From Candidatus Poseidoniaceae archaeon (GTDB lineage: Archaea > Thermoplasmatota > Poseidoniia > Poseidoniales > Poseidoniaceae): a stretch of 64,000 bases of DNA. A program made the position numbers and the translations under genes. Location of the stretch: positions 64,001 to 128,000 of the forward strand of contig CBFIJH010000002.1 in NCBI GenBank assembly GCA_965662895.1, written 5' to 3'. Each line of letters begins with the position of its first letter. Position 1 is the stretch's first letter. This document shows, one piece after another, positions 1-9,660 of the stretch. A model generated the notes under the pieces. The model made no database searches, was not told the origin of the DNA, and saw only the letters and a list, made by a program, of their open reading frames with translations.

Positions 1-970
1 GGTTGGATTGATCTTTGGAGATGGCATGTCTGCAGACAAACCTGTTGAAATTCTCCGTTTTGCGAATCGCGTACCTTTGATGTATCAACAAGGAGGGTGT
101 TTGCTAACAAAGGCGATTGAAAGTGTTGACTGGCGCCAATATGGTCTCGATCAGCCCGGAGGTCGAGGTGTTCCAAAAGGCCCTGCAGCAATTCTCGTTC
201 ATCTTGCGAGTACAAATGTTCAATTTACATCCGAGGCGAAAGAGGCGCTTTCAGATAACGAGGTCGTGATGGAAGAGGCGCGTAAAGCGATGCTTGAAAT
301 GGGCCGCGGCTTGAGGAAACACCTCGAAAAGCAGAAGAAAATGGGGAAAACGAAAGAAAAATTTGAGTTGATTAACGATATTATTCCAGCAATTGCAGAA
401 AAATCTGCAGCCCTATTGAACCTACCCGTTCCTGACCTCTCTGCTTCCATTACAAAAATCATGTCTGCAGTTATTGCAGAAACCACAACCACGTGGAACA
501 AGGACACAAAGCAGACGGATGTCCATATCATCCTGTACAATTACACATCTCGTGCTCGTTCCTATACGCTACTCGTCAATTGGCCTGAACGTCAGGGAGC
601 ATCGATGATTGGAAATCAGTTAGGCGGTAGAAAAGAAGCAATGGGTGTATGGGCATGGAAACTTGAAACACTACAACCTGGCTCAAGAACGGTCATTACC
701 TACAGCCTTGATGGACTGGAGAAGGGAGACTGGAACGAGACGGATGTATTCTATCGTGGTTCACAGGAAGTTATTGGTGCAACAAAGATGGATGAGAAAT
801 TGCTTGAAGAAATTCGCCGGCAAGAAGAGGCACTCAATACCCCTCCACAGGAGGAGGAATCTCAAGATGACGGGGGCGAAGAAACACCCGTTCCTGAACA
901 ACCTGAAACAAAATCGGTTTCTCCAAAAGGGGACACGAAACAAACGACACTCTTCGGGGGTGATTACTGA
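1..970 (+). CDS. top6B: DNA topoisomerase VI subunit B (5' truncated by window edge)
   Basis: Transducer motif 'LRFANRVPLMY' and 'VQFTSEAKEAL'; stop overlaps the top6A start (TGATG). Confidence 0.93.
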   Translation, partial: VGLIFGDGMSADKPVEILRFANRVPLMYQQGGCLLTKAIESVDWRQYGLDQPGGRGVPKGPAAILVHLASTNVQFTSEAKEALSDNEVVMEEARKAMLEMGRGLRKHLEKQKKMGKTKEKFELINDIIPAIAEKSAALLNLPVPDLSASITKIMSAVIAETTTTWNKDTKQTDVHIILYNYTSRARSYTLLVNWPERQGASMIGNQLGGRKEAMGVWAWKLETLQPGSRTVITYSLDGLEKGDWNETDVFYRGSQEVIGATKMDEKLLEEIRRQEEALNTPPQEEESQDDGGEETPVPEQPETKSVSPKGDTKQTTLFGGDY

Positions 971-2064
971 TGGCAGAACGTAAATCCATTGAAGAGACGA
1001 AGGTTGCATTGCATGATGTTGTTCGAGAAATGTATGACAGGATCGTAAAGGGTGAACCCCCTACGATGACGCTCCCGGTTCGAACGAAGAATAACATTGG
1101 ATTTGATTCAAAACTCGGCGTATACAAATACGGGAAAAAGAGATCCATTCGGGATGCGACAAGTCTTGGGTCTGCGAAGCAGTTGCTAAGAGCGCTCCAC
1201 GTGATTGAGTTTATTGAGAGTATGATTGATGACGGTAAATCGTCAACACTCCGTGAAATGTACTACATCTCGGAGGGTTGGGGACTTGGTAAATTTCAAT
1301 CTCAGAATGAAAGCAATAACTTGGCTGAAGATTTGGAAATTGTAACGAAATGTCTCCGTGAGGATTTCAAACTTCGTCCGGAAGAAGACGGGGCCCGAAT
1401 GATTGGCAACCTGACACTTCGCGAACGAAATCGTCGTGGAGAATGGATGCGAATCAATGCTCGCGATGATGTTGGTGATAGTGGGTACGGGGTTCCGTAC
1501 AATGTTGAAGCCGAGAAGATAGAATTCCTTGAGCACGATATCAATTTCATTATGGCCATTGAGACCGGTGGTATGTTCGATCGTCTCGTTGAGAATGGTT
1601 TTGATGAGGATTTCAAATGTGCGCTCTTGCACCTGAAAGGTCAACCGGCGCGTTCAACTCGCCGAATTATGAAACGGATGAGTGAAGAATGGGATTTACC
1701 AGTCGTTGTTTTCCTCGACGGTGATCCATGGTCGTTCAGGATTTTCGCATCGATTGCTTATGGTGCAATTAAGACAGCCCATATTTCGGAATACTTGGCA
1801 ACCCCAACATCAACGTATCTTGGTATCACAGCAGATGATATTCTAGCGTATGATTTACCAAGTGACGATTTATCAAAGAAAGATATTGAAGCTTTGAATG
1901 CGGAATTGAGTGACCCAAGATTTGCCGATGGATGGTGGCAAGAACAGATCAATATGATGCTCGAAGTCGGGAAGAAGGCTGAACAGCAATCACTGGCGAA
2001 GTATGGTCTCGATTTCGTAACTGAAACGTATCTTCCAGAAAAGCTTCAGCAACTTGGATTGTAG
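970..2064 (+). CDS. top6A: DNA topoisomerase VI subunit A (Spo11 homologue)
   Basis: 'STLREMYY' catalytic Tyr region, TOPRIM 'AIETGGMF' and 'FLDGDPW', 'KKAEQQ'. Confidence 0.97.
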   Translation: MAERKSIEETKVALHDVVREMYDRIVKGEPPTMTLPVRTKNNIGFDSKLGVYKYGKKRSIRDATSLGSAKQLLRALHVIEFIESMIDDGKSSTLREMYYISEGWGLGKFQSQNESNNLAEDLEIVTKCLREDFKLRPEEDGARMIGNLTLRERNRRGEWMRINARDDVGDSGYGVPYNVEAEKIEFLEHDINFIMAIETGGMFDRLVENGFDEDFKCALLHLKGQPARSTRRIMKRMSEEWDLPVVVFLDGDPWSFRIFASIAYGAIKTAHISEYLATPTSTYLGITADDILAYDLPSDDLSKKDIEALNAELSDPRFADGWWQEQINMMLEVGKKAEQQSLAKYGLDFVTETYLPEKLQQLGL

Positions 2065-2103
2065 AGCAAAAATGCGAGGCTTCTTTGGGGGGTGCTCCTT
2101 CCA

Positions 2104-3096
2104 ATGGGCATGGAGAGCGGAAAAAAGAACCCGTGGCCCCTCCGTATTCTCATCGCTTCGATGGTTTGTTTTGTCCTTGGAAGCATCATTGTACTCGGTC
2201 AAATGGATACCTTCAGTGATGCACTTGATCCAAAAAAGAACAACATCGAATCCTTGAATTCAGGTTCAGAAACTCAGAAATTAGTATCGATTGATGAAGG
2301 TGGTTGTTATCGCGCTTATGGCGTTGGTTTTGAAGGGAACGTAACGATTTCTGAACTTGATGGATCGGATGTTAAGGATCCGGTCGAAGAATCAAAATGC
2401 AAACTTGACTGGAACGCTATGTCGACTGATGGGAGTGTTGAATACGATATTTTGGGTTCGTGGGAATTAACCGAAGGCGATTTTTTGCTACGGGTTGAAT
2501 GCCAAGGCGCGTGCAACAATGAAACGGTTTGGTTCACCTCAATTGATAAAATGGAAAGCGACTTATTGGGGTCGCCTTTGGTTATTGTCGGTGCAACGAT
2601 CTGCTGTCTCGGTATTTTCCTCTTGCCTCTCTCCGGTGTACTTCTCGCCTTCTCCCAGAATCGAAAGCAGAACGTTATGATGGTGGTAGGACCAGATGGC
2701 CAACTTATGCCATTAACAGACCTTACACCGAGTGTTGTTCAAGATCAAATCAATTCAATGAATCAGGATGCTGCTGATGGGATTGGCTTTGATGTCCAAA
2801 CCGGCGAGTACATGGGGAGTAACGAACTGCAAGCCTCGCAACAAATGGACGGTTCAACGGATGTCCAAGCTGGAAGCATGTTAACAACTGAACAGGTCTA
2901 TGCACTCATGCGAGGCGATGTTGAATCTGCAACGCCACAAGAACCGCAGCAAGAGACTGTTGCCGACCCATTCCCTACTCCGTCGGTTCAACCAAAACCT
3001 CAGGTTACCCAAGTCCTTGAAAAGCCGAAACCAACCAAAGACAGGAAAATCCCAGTCGCAAAAAACGAAGATTGGCAGTCCTGGGATGAAGACTGA
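2104..3096 (+). CDS. Hypothetical membrane protein (two TM segments, Cys-containing loop, Q/P-rich tail)
   Basis: Long ORF with hydrophobic stretches near the N-terminus and around aa 160-185; start uncertain (2092/2104/2110). Confidence 0.7.
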   Translation: MGMESGKKNPWPLRILIASMVCFVLGSIIVLGQMDTFSDALDPKKNNIESLNSGSETQKLVSIDEGGCYRAYGVGFEGNVTISELDGSDVKDPVEESKCKLDWNAMSTDGSVEYDILGSWELTEGDFLLRVECQGACNNETVWFTSIDKMESDLLGSPLVIVGATICCLGIFLLPLSGVLLAFSQNRKQNVMMVVGPDGQLMPLTDLTPSVVQDQINSMNQDAADGIGFDVQTGEYMGSNELQASQQMDGSTDVQAGSMLTTEQVYALMRGDVESATPQEPQQETVADPFPTPSVQPKPQVTQVLEKPKPTKDRKIPVAKNEDWQSWDED

Positions 3097-3128
3097 AGAA
3101 TACCCTTCATTTCTTCCGACGAGTTCAA

Positions 3129-3899
3129 ATGAGTCCTTCTCTACCTAACTACAGGTTGAGTAGTATGGACCAACTCGAACGCTCCTTGATTTTGCTTCAA
3201 AACAAAACACGGCGCTCTATTCTTGAGCGGTTGGTCAGAGAACCGCATTATCCAATGCAACTTGCTGAACTCATCGGTGTGAGTCAACAAGCAATTGTCA
3301 AGCATCTCAAAGAACTAGAGCGAGGAAATCTCGTTGAAAAAATGAAAGTGCCGAGTGAGAAAGGTGGCCCTCCAAGAACTATTTTCAGAGTTTGTGAAGC
3401 GTTTTCATTACGGATTGATTTGGGGCCCGACTTGTTCAAAATTGAGCGGAGGAAGTTGCCTTCCGGTGGACCTCTCCGGCTAAGCTCTAAGTTACCACAA
3501 AAAGCTCAATCCATTGCAGAAGCAGTCAGCGGTCGAAAGAAAATCAGTGTTACCGAGGGTGTTCTTCATCTCGATCAACTGAATGAAAATTTGGAACAAC
3601 TCGACCGGCAACGCGATGCACTTATCGCCCTGCATCAACAAATTCGTGGCCGGATTTCAGCAGCGGTCGATACTGATTTCGAAGACTATTCCCAACGAAC
3701 AATGGTCCACGCACTGATTGAGGCTCCACGAGTCAAACCAAATCTTGGGTTAATGGCAAAAGAGCTCAACCTCACAGAAAACGACATGGCTACGGTGATG
3801 TCGAGAGTTCGAGAACTCGTTGAGCGGCAACGCTCAGATCGTTCTGGCGAGGTTATCGCTGTCGACGACAATCCCGGCCTCCGCTGGTGGCTGGGTTAA
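3129..3899 (+). CDS. ArsR-type winged-HTH transcriptional regulator with coiled-coil extension
   Basis: 'NKTRRSILERL...YPMQLAELIGVSQQAIVKHLKELE...GGPPR' is a typical archaeal ArsR/HTH_20 pattern. Confidence 0.85.
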   Translation: MSPSLPNYRLSSMDQLERSLILLQNKTRRSILERLVREPHYPMQLAELIGVSQQAIVKHLKELERGNLVEKMKVPSEKGGPPRTIFRVCEAFSLRIDLGPDLFKIERRKLPSGGPLRLSSKLPQKAQSIAEAVSGRKKISVTEGVLHLDQLNENLEQLDRQRDALIALHQQIRGRISAAVDTDFEDYSQRTMVHALIEAPRVKPNLGLMAKELNLTENDMATVMSRVRELVERQRSDRSGEVIAVDDNPGLRWWLG

Positions 3900-3904
3900 T
3901 CGAC

Positions 3905-6900
3905 TCAATCGTTGGCTTCATCACCAAGTACAGACATTAACGATGACTGTTCTGCGATTCGGTCCTTTACAGCTGCACGTCGTCCACGACCAACGAGGTA
4001 GAGGACACCGAAGAGTGAGAACGTAAGTAGGACAATCATGGTTGGAAGAGCAACCTTACCTGCGACTTCACCTGCTACATCCAAGAATGGATTTGACGAG
4101 CCCAATTCTTGGGAAATCCTAACGATGTTGTCTCCTTCATCTGCTTCAACAATGGTGTTACCTGGATCGACAACAACGTAGACATTCTTGCTACCTGCAG
4201 TTACAGGGTAAAGCATGTACAATTCAATAACGCGCTCGGTTTGGGAATCATCTGGCTTGTCCAAAGCACCAATGATTTGGCGCATAACAATGCTTTCTTC
4301 ATCGCACATGTTGTCATTCTTTCGGATTTCTGCCATCATGTCGTCACCATCGTATTCGCACAGAATCACTTCAATATCCGAGGCGTGCACGTTTCCTTCG
4401 TTGGCAATTTCAACACGGATTGGAATTGATTCACCTACATCAGCCGAGGTTACATCGGTCGATGCGGATTTCACAACGAGATCCGGCGCTCTCAGATTGA
4501 TTGTGACAATCTTCTCATTGGTATCCAAGGAATCGCCTGCCCATGATGGTGAATCGTCATGGTCGCCTCCTTGGTCCGCATTCCCCATCTTCGAGACAAC
4601 CTTCAGACCAAGACTGCGCGTTGTAAGTTTTGCAGCTGGATCAACTGAAACCACTGCAACCATTGTGTACGTCTCGTATGGAGACATTTCTGGAAGTCGC
4701 CAAGAGTCGATATCTGTGAGGTACACACAACTGTCCTCTGGGTAGGATGCTGCTGTCGAGGTCGTTTCGACGCAGTCTTCTTCGCTTTCGAGATCGAGTC
4801 CGACCTGACGGATGATTCTCCACGATACAGCCCATTTGTTCAGTGTACCCATTCCTGGATTTTCCTCAACAATGATCTCTGTGCCCGAGCGGTCCGATGT
4901 GTGGTTATCCAATGTTGGAACATCCGGGACGTTTCCAGCGTTTGTTATATTCACAATAAACCGGACATCACGGCCTGGCGCAGAAGTTTTTACATCGTTT
5001 TCAACGGTAGGGTCCATCGAAATCTGCATGTCGTAGAACTCTTGGACGGTTACAGTGAGTGTTGTTACATCTCGTAATCGGGTCATCCGTCCACTGGAAT
5101 CCTCATCCTTTTGTTCAGACTTCGTGTGGAAAACAACCGTGTAGTCGCCTGCTGGTACTTGCTGTGGAATGTTCATTAGGACATCAAACGATTGTGAAGA
5201 GCCTGAATCCAGTTCTTCCAATGTGTTGCGTGGAATTGTAATGTCCCATATGACATCGACACCGGAAGAGTCTGTAACTCGTGCGAGTGTGTAATCAAAC
5301 CGATCTGGCCCGTTACCATTGTTACTTACAGTCGTTGGAAGTATGATCGCATCACCGGGATTGACCGTCAATTGCTCGTCATCAACAAGAGCGACATCTG
5401 TTGACAACCGATAGACATGGTCGACATCGACCTGCAAAATCTTCGCTGCGGATATCTTTGGATAGCCCTTTAGATGTGCCTTAATTGTTACAGCCTTTCC
5501 TAGACCTGCGGGAGCGTCGTCTGGAGCACAGATCTTCACCTTCACAATGTGCATACGGAATTCGTCACCAGACATGAGAACCCATGGGTATGATACTCCA
5601 TCGGGATTCATCGTTAGACCATTCGGGAAGATGACTTCTGTCGTCCAGTTGTCATCGTTCTCGGTTGTTCCTGGAGTTGTAAAAACAAGATCGCCTGAAT
5701 CGAAATACTTCTCCACTTCAATCTCGAAAACGTGACAATTCGGGTCAAGAGCATTTGGCGCATACGGAGCAGGTGTCACCATTGCCATTTGGTCCGTTAT
5801 GTTGAACACGATGTTGTTTGATGAACGAATCGAAACAAAGACACCGAGCTCAAGGATATCGTACGTTCCTTTCTCAACGGACTTAATTGGCTCTCCAGCC
5901 GACCATCCTTTGAGGAGAATCACGAAGGCACCAGGGTCTTCGGAGGTTGGAACATCGACCCTGAGGTTCTTGGTTACAGTTTGTTGTGGGTCGAGTTGTA
6001 CGCTGAGCGGGAAATCGACATCCCAAGCAAATGGAAGCAGCCACTCTTGTCGGCCTTCAAGGGTCTGTGGGTCCCAGAACAGGAATGTGTCTGCGACGTT
6101 TCCGGTGTTTGTTATTGTAATCGAAAAGATTGCTGATTGTCCTTGCTCGACATCTGCTACGCTGTGCGAAGCATCAAGATCGATACCGTGAACGACGTCC
6201 ATGAGTGTGAGCGTGGTGATCTCTGAACGGATTGCAGGGTCTTTGTAGGATTTTGCATCAACACGGATCTCTGCAAGTTCATCTGCATTTGCCTGATAGA
6301 TGGATGGGGCACGAACCCTTAGGTAGAATCGGATTGATTCACCACCCTCTAAGAAGATTTCAGTGTCTGGGAAAATTGCTGTGTGGTTGTCAGCGAAGAA
6401 CAACGTAGCCGTCCAGTTCGTTGGGACGCCCGTGATGTTGAGGCCGTACGAATCTGCTACCAGGTCCTTGGGGCCGGGTGTTGAGTTGTTCATGGTAAGA
6501 TTGTAGATGGTTTGTTCACCTGGCTCGATGACGTGATAAAAGGTCTCGCCATCATCGAATTCAACATCGACCTGGCCCGTAAGAACATGTGAATAACAAA
6601 CCGTAAACCGGTTGTTGTTTGTTTCATCATTGCACTTGTTTGTATCGGACCACGCAACGTGCGCTCCGCTTCCCAAGTCATTGGAAAAGGCTGGAGGCAT
6701 TCCTATGCTCGGTTTGTATCCCGAGTTCGGTCCAAGTTTATTGGATGACCAAGATGTTATTGCGACGGTTTCCCAAGGGTCAAGAGCCGTTAGACCATCA
6801 CCTTCGAGGGATGTATGGTTCAGACGAACGTACAGAAGTTCTTCTCCCGCTGAGGTGTTTCCTGAATCGACCCAAGCAATGTGGACTTGATTCTGGTCAT

Positions 6901-8914
6901 CGGTCAGAAGTGATGGGAAGACAGAGTTGCCAGCCCAAGGTGCATTTGCAGGCAGTCCAGCGTTGGTTTCAACATTCGAAATCGGAGTATCGTTGATCTT
7001 CTTGATAGCATAGGTCGACAATCCATCGTCCCGGCCGTCGAACTCACCGGCTCCTTGAAGTCGAAGTTTCGTGTAGTACACTTCGTAGTTGACGTCCTTT
7101 TCGAAACCGTAGTCTCTACCGTCCATCCAAGCGATATGAGTGTTTCCTTCCATGTCAACACCGATTGATGGGTGGAAGGAATAAGCGTCATCAATGGTGA
7201 CACGAGTATCATTGACGACAACAAGATGTCCTTCCGAACCCTTTCCTGTGTCTTCATAGTAAGCCCCGTTTTGAGCGACGGTTCCGGAGGTTCCCGGAGT
7301 CCAACTGGGGTCGTTGTTCATCTTTCCATACGGATCGAGAACGGACATGTAGATTTCACGGGAGTTGTTGGTTGAAATGTAGACCATCGCTTCTACTAGG
7401 AGTGCCATTTGACTTGCGCCGCCAGTTCCGGATGGGAACTCATAGACTTGTCCACCAGCATCTGTTGAACGGATTGTGTTTCCTGGGCAGTTTCGTGCAG
7501 CTGTGCTTTGTACACCGTTCGGACATTGTGCGAGATCTTTGAAGTGCGATTGAACGCCCGTTGCACCACCATACGTTTGTCCGTACATTCCAACAGGCAC
7601 AACTCCTGCCTTGACGCAGTTGTCGTGTGCTTCTTCGATGGCAGTTGTGTCATCGGCCTGCTGCGCAGGGTCGCCATCCTTTGGGCCCTCGTCGGAGATT
7701 GGGATTGCAATCTTTGTTGCGTTCGGGTTCCACCTGTGGTCATCTTGTGTTGGCGGGTTACCCGGGACGTTTCCGTTGGCGTCTTTCCATGAGAGGCATG
7801 CCCAATTGGTTCCAGGGCCCCAGTCTTCACCAGAATATCCGGAATATGTGTTTCCGTTGTACACGGTTCCTGGGAGTTTTCGAATGCCCCCAGAGTCGTC
7901 GCCTGGAGTAATACCGAGAGCTGTTTGTCGAGGGCCCGCGTTCTGGTTTTTACCAGCGCAGTTTCCTGAACTAGCAGCACCGGGGAGCGTGTTCCCGAGG
8001 CCATAAATGGTCTCATAGACTGTCATATTTCCTTCTTGAAGCATTGGCTTAAGTCCTTGGAAAAAACCACCTGCAGCAAAGTTACCTCCGTAAATTACCG
8101 TGCAGACGTCAGCCCATTCCGAGTACATCGACCCTGATGTGTCAACGAGGAAGACAAGTTCGACCTTACCACCGCGAGTGTCGTCCCACGCGATTTGGAC
8201 CAAATCATTGGAGTCGACAACAATGTCAGGGTGGCCTTTGTGACCAATGACTGGCGTCAATAGTGTGTCTTCAAACATGGTCAACACAGTACCACCGCTA
8301 AACTCTGGTTGAATCATGGTGTAGTAGATCTGAGGTTGGTTGAAGAATTGTTGCAACTCGTCGTACGAATCTTGCCAGGCGATGTGAAGATTTCCTTGGC
8401 TGTCAACATCGATTGATGGCCAGTCTCTGTCTTGAGCCCTCATAGAGAGGATTGTGTCATCAATGACTGAAATTGCGGTGTCTTCTGCAGCCATTCCATC
8501 GAGTGGTGCGAGATATGGATTGATTGATGTGTACATAATCTTGTGTTGTCCGGATTTGTCAGCCCATACCAAGTGGATGCGGTCGTTGTCATCGATGACC
8601 ATGTCAGGGTGCCAAACTTTGTGCAAACCGGGGCTCGTAATTTGGGTCGCGTCAATTAGCGTCTCGCCACGCGGAGAAAGCATGGAATAGTACAGATGCT
8701 GGTTGTTCCTTGCCCAAACAATGTGAACGTTTCCTTCACTGTCTGAAGCAACGGTTGCTTGGTTATCCGATGCGGTTCCACCATCAACGATCCGAACTGC
8801 TTCGGTAATGACGACGGTTGATGCTTCTGCTTGCTCTGTTCCGAGGACCATTCCCGAAAAGAGAGAAAGCAAAAAGAGGCTTACGAGGGTAATCGACTTT
8901 GTTGTTTGACGCAT
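3905..8914 (-). CDS. Very large secreted, membrane-anchored surface protein (repeat/propeller region, vWA-like insert, Ig-like NEW3/CARDB repeats, C-terminal TM)
   Basis: Signal peptide (MRQTTKSITLVSLFLLSLF); repeated 'D..GN.HIAW.D' blades; MIDAS-like 'FLVDTSGS'; 'ITNTGNVAD/NNGNGPD/NAGNVPD' repeats; CARDB-like 'PDLVV...VVVDPGNTIVEADEGDN'; C-terminal TM followed by RRR-type basic stop-transfer. Confidence 0.85.
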   Translation of the reverse strand: MRQTTKSITLVSLFLLSLFSGMVLGTEQAEASTVVITEAVRIVDGGTASDNQATVASDSEGNVHIVWARNNQHLYYSMLSPRGETLIDATQITSPGLHKVWHPDMVIDDNDRIHLVWADKSGQHKIMYTSINPYLAPLDGMAAEDTAISVIDDTILSMRAQDRDWPSIDVDSQGNLHIAWQDSYDELQQFFNQPQIYYTMIQPEFSGGTVLTMFEDTLLTPVIGHKGHPDIVVDSNDLVQIAWDDTRGGKVELVFLVDTSGSMYSEWADVCTVIYGGNFAAGGFFQGLKPMLQEGNMTVYETIYGLGNTLPGAASSGNCAGKNQNAGPRQTALGITPGDDSGGIRKLPGTVYNGNTYSGYSGEDWGPGTNWACLSWKDANGNVPGNPPTQDDHRWNPNATKIAIPISDEGPKDGDPAQQADDTTAIEEAHDNCVKAGVVPVGMYGQTYGGATGVQSHFKDLAQCPNGVQSTAARNCPGNTIRSTDAGGQVYEFPSGTGGASQMALLVEAMVYISTNNSREIYMSVLDPYGKMNNDPSWTPGTSGTVAQNGAYYEDTGKGSEGHLVVVNDTRVTIDDAYSFHPSIGVDMEGNTHIAWMDGRDYGFEKDVNYEVYYTKLRLQGAGEFDGRDDGLSTYAIKKINDTPISNVETNAGLPANAPWAGNSVFPSLLTDDQNQVHIAWVDSGNTSAGEELLYVRLNHTSLEGDGLTALDPWETVAITSWSSNKLGPNSGYKPSIGMPPAFSNDLGSGAHVAWSDTNKCNDETNNNRFTVCYSHVLTGQVDVEFDDGETFYHVIEPGEQTIYNLTMNNSTPGPKDLVADSYGLNITGVPTNWTATLFFADNHTAIFPDTEIFLEGGESIRFYLRVRAPSIYQANADELAEIRVDAKSYKDPAIRSEITTLTLMDVVHGIDLDASHSVADVEQGQSAIFSITITNTGNVADTFLFWDPQTLEGRQEWLLPFAWDVDFPLSVQLDPQQTVTKNLRVDVPTSEDPGAFVILLKGWSAGEPIKSVEKGTYDILELGVFVSIRSSNNIVFNITDQMAMVTPAPYAPNALDPNCHVFEIEVEKYFDSGDLVFTTPGTTENDDNWTTEVIFPNGLTMNPDGVSYPWVLMSGDEFRMHIVKVKICAPDDAPAGLGKAVTIKAHLKGYPKISAAKILQVDVDHVYRLSTDVALVDDEQLTVNPGDAIILPTTVSNNGNGPDRFDYTLARVTDSSGVDVIWDITIPRNTLEELDSGSSQSFDVLMNIPQQVPAGDYTVVFHTKSEQKDEDSSGRMTRLRDVTTLTVTVQEFYDMQISMDPTVENDVKTSAPGRDVRFIVNITNAGNVPDVPTLDNHTSDRSGTEIIVEENPGMGTLNKWAVSWRIIRQVGLDLESEEDCVETTSTAASYPEDSCVYLTDIDSWRLPEMSPYETYTMVAVVSVDPAAKLTTRSLGLKVVSKMGNADQGGDHDDSPSWAGDSLDTNEKIVTINLRAPDLVVKSASTDVTSADVGESIPIRVEIANEGNVHASDIEVILCEYDGDDMMAEIRKNDNMCDEESIVMRQIIGALDKPDDSQTERVIELYMLYPVTAGSKNVYVVVDPGNTIVEADEGDNIVRISQELGSSNPFLDVAGEVAGKVALPTMIVLLTFSLFGVLYLVGRGRRAAVKDRIAEQSSLMSVLGDEAND

Positions 8915-9003
8915 AGTTCCACCTGTGTAACTAAAAGCATCCTTCACCACTACTTAACCGCGACCCATACGCGTCAGTTTCGAGAAGACCTGCAAAAGCC
9001 TGA

Positions 9004-9630
9004 CTAAGCCCACTCGTCTGGATCTAATCCCGTTCCAAATGGCATCATATCATTGTATTCAATTTGCGCTGGTTCAGGAGGTTCTTCGACCGTTTGGTTT
9101 TGTTGTTTCTTCGCAGCCCAATCATCAACTGGCCCAGGTTTTCCTTTCCCGGGCCCGTATGCAAATTTAATTTCATGAATCATGCTTAATTTTGCTAGCC
9201 AGAGTCTGCGTAAGCTGTGCATGAGGGCATTCTTTGTCAATCCGTCAAACCATACGGGAAGGCTAACGTTGAATGCCTGAAGTGGTCCAGGCTTTTCTTT
9301 GCCCTCATGGCCCATGTGTATCCCCCAATCGAGTTCAGCACGCATGAGTGATAAGCGACATTCATGGATCCACTCCGACCACACTTCCGGTTCTTCGGCC
9401 ATGTGTTCCTTCATCTGCTCCTGCTGACCAAGGTCGACACGGGTCATGCTTGATACGAAAACCAAGTCTCGTGCTTTCGGCAAAACGACTGCGAACATAT
9501 GGCCCTGTGGACCGGGAGGGTAGCGAACAAGGAGGTGAGCGTCTGCACGGGGGTCGTTTTTTTCACGGATTTCAAGACGTTCGCTCGCAAGCCATTGACG
9601 GATTTGCTGGATATGTCCTGAATCGACCAT
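9004..9630 (-). CDS. DUF2299-like conserved archaeal protein
   Basis: 'IRQWLASE.LEI' N-terminus and 'VWFDGLTKNALMHSL' resemble DUF2299. Confidence 0.6.
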   Translation of the reverse strand: MVDSGHIQQIRQWLASERLEIREKNDPRADAHLLVRYPPGPQGHMFAVVLPKARDLVFVSSMTRVDLGQQEQMKEHMAEEPEVWSEWIHECRLSLMRAELDWGIHMGHEGKEKPGPLQAFNVSLPVWFDGLTKNALMHSLRRLWLAKLSMIHEIKFAYGPGKGKPGPVDDWAAKKQQNQTVEEPPEPAQIEYNDMMPFGTGLDPDEWA

Positions 9631-9660
9631 GGCTAACCGGAGAGTTCGGGTAATTTGAAC

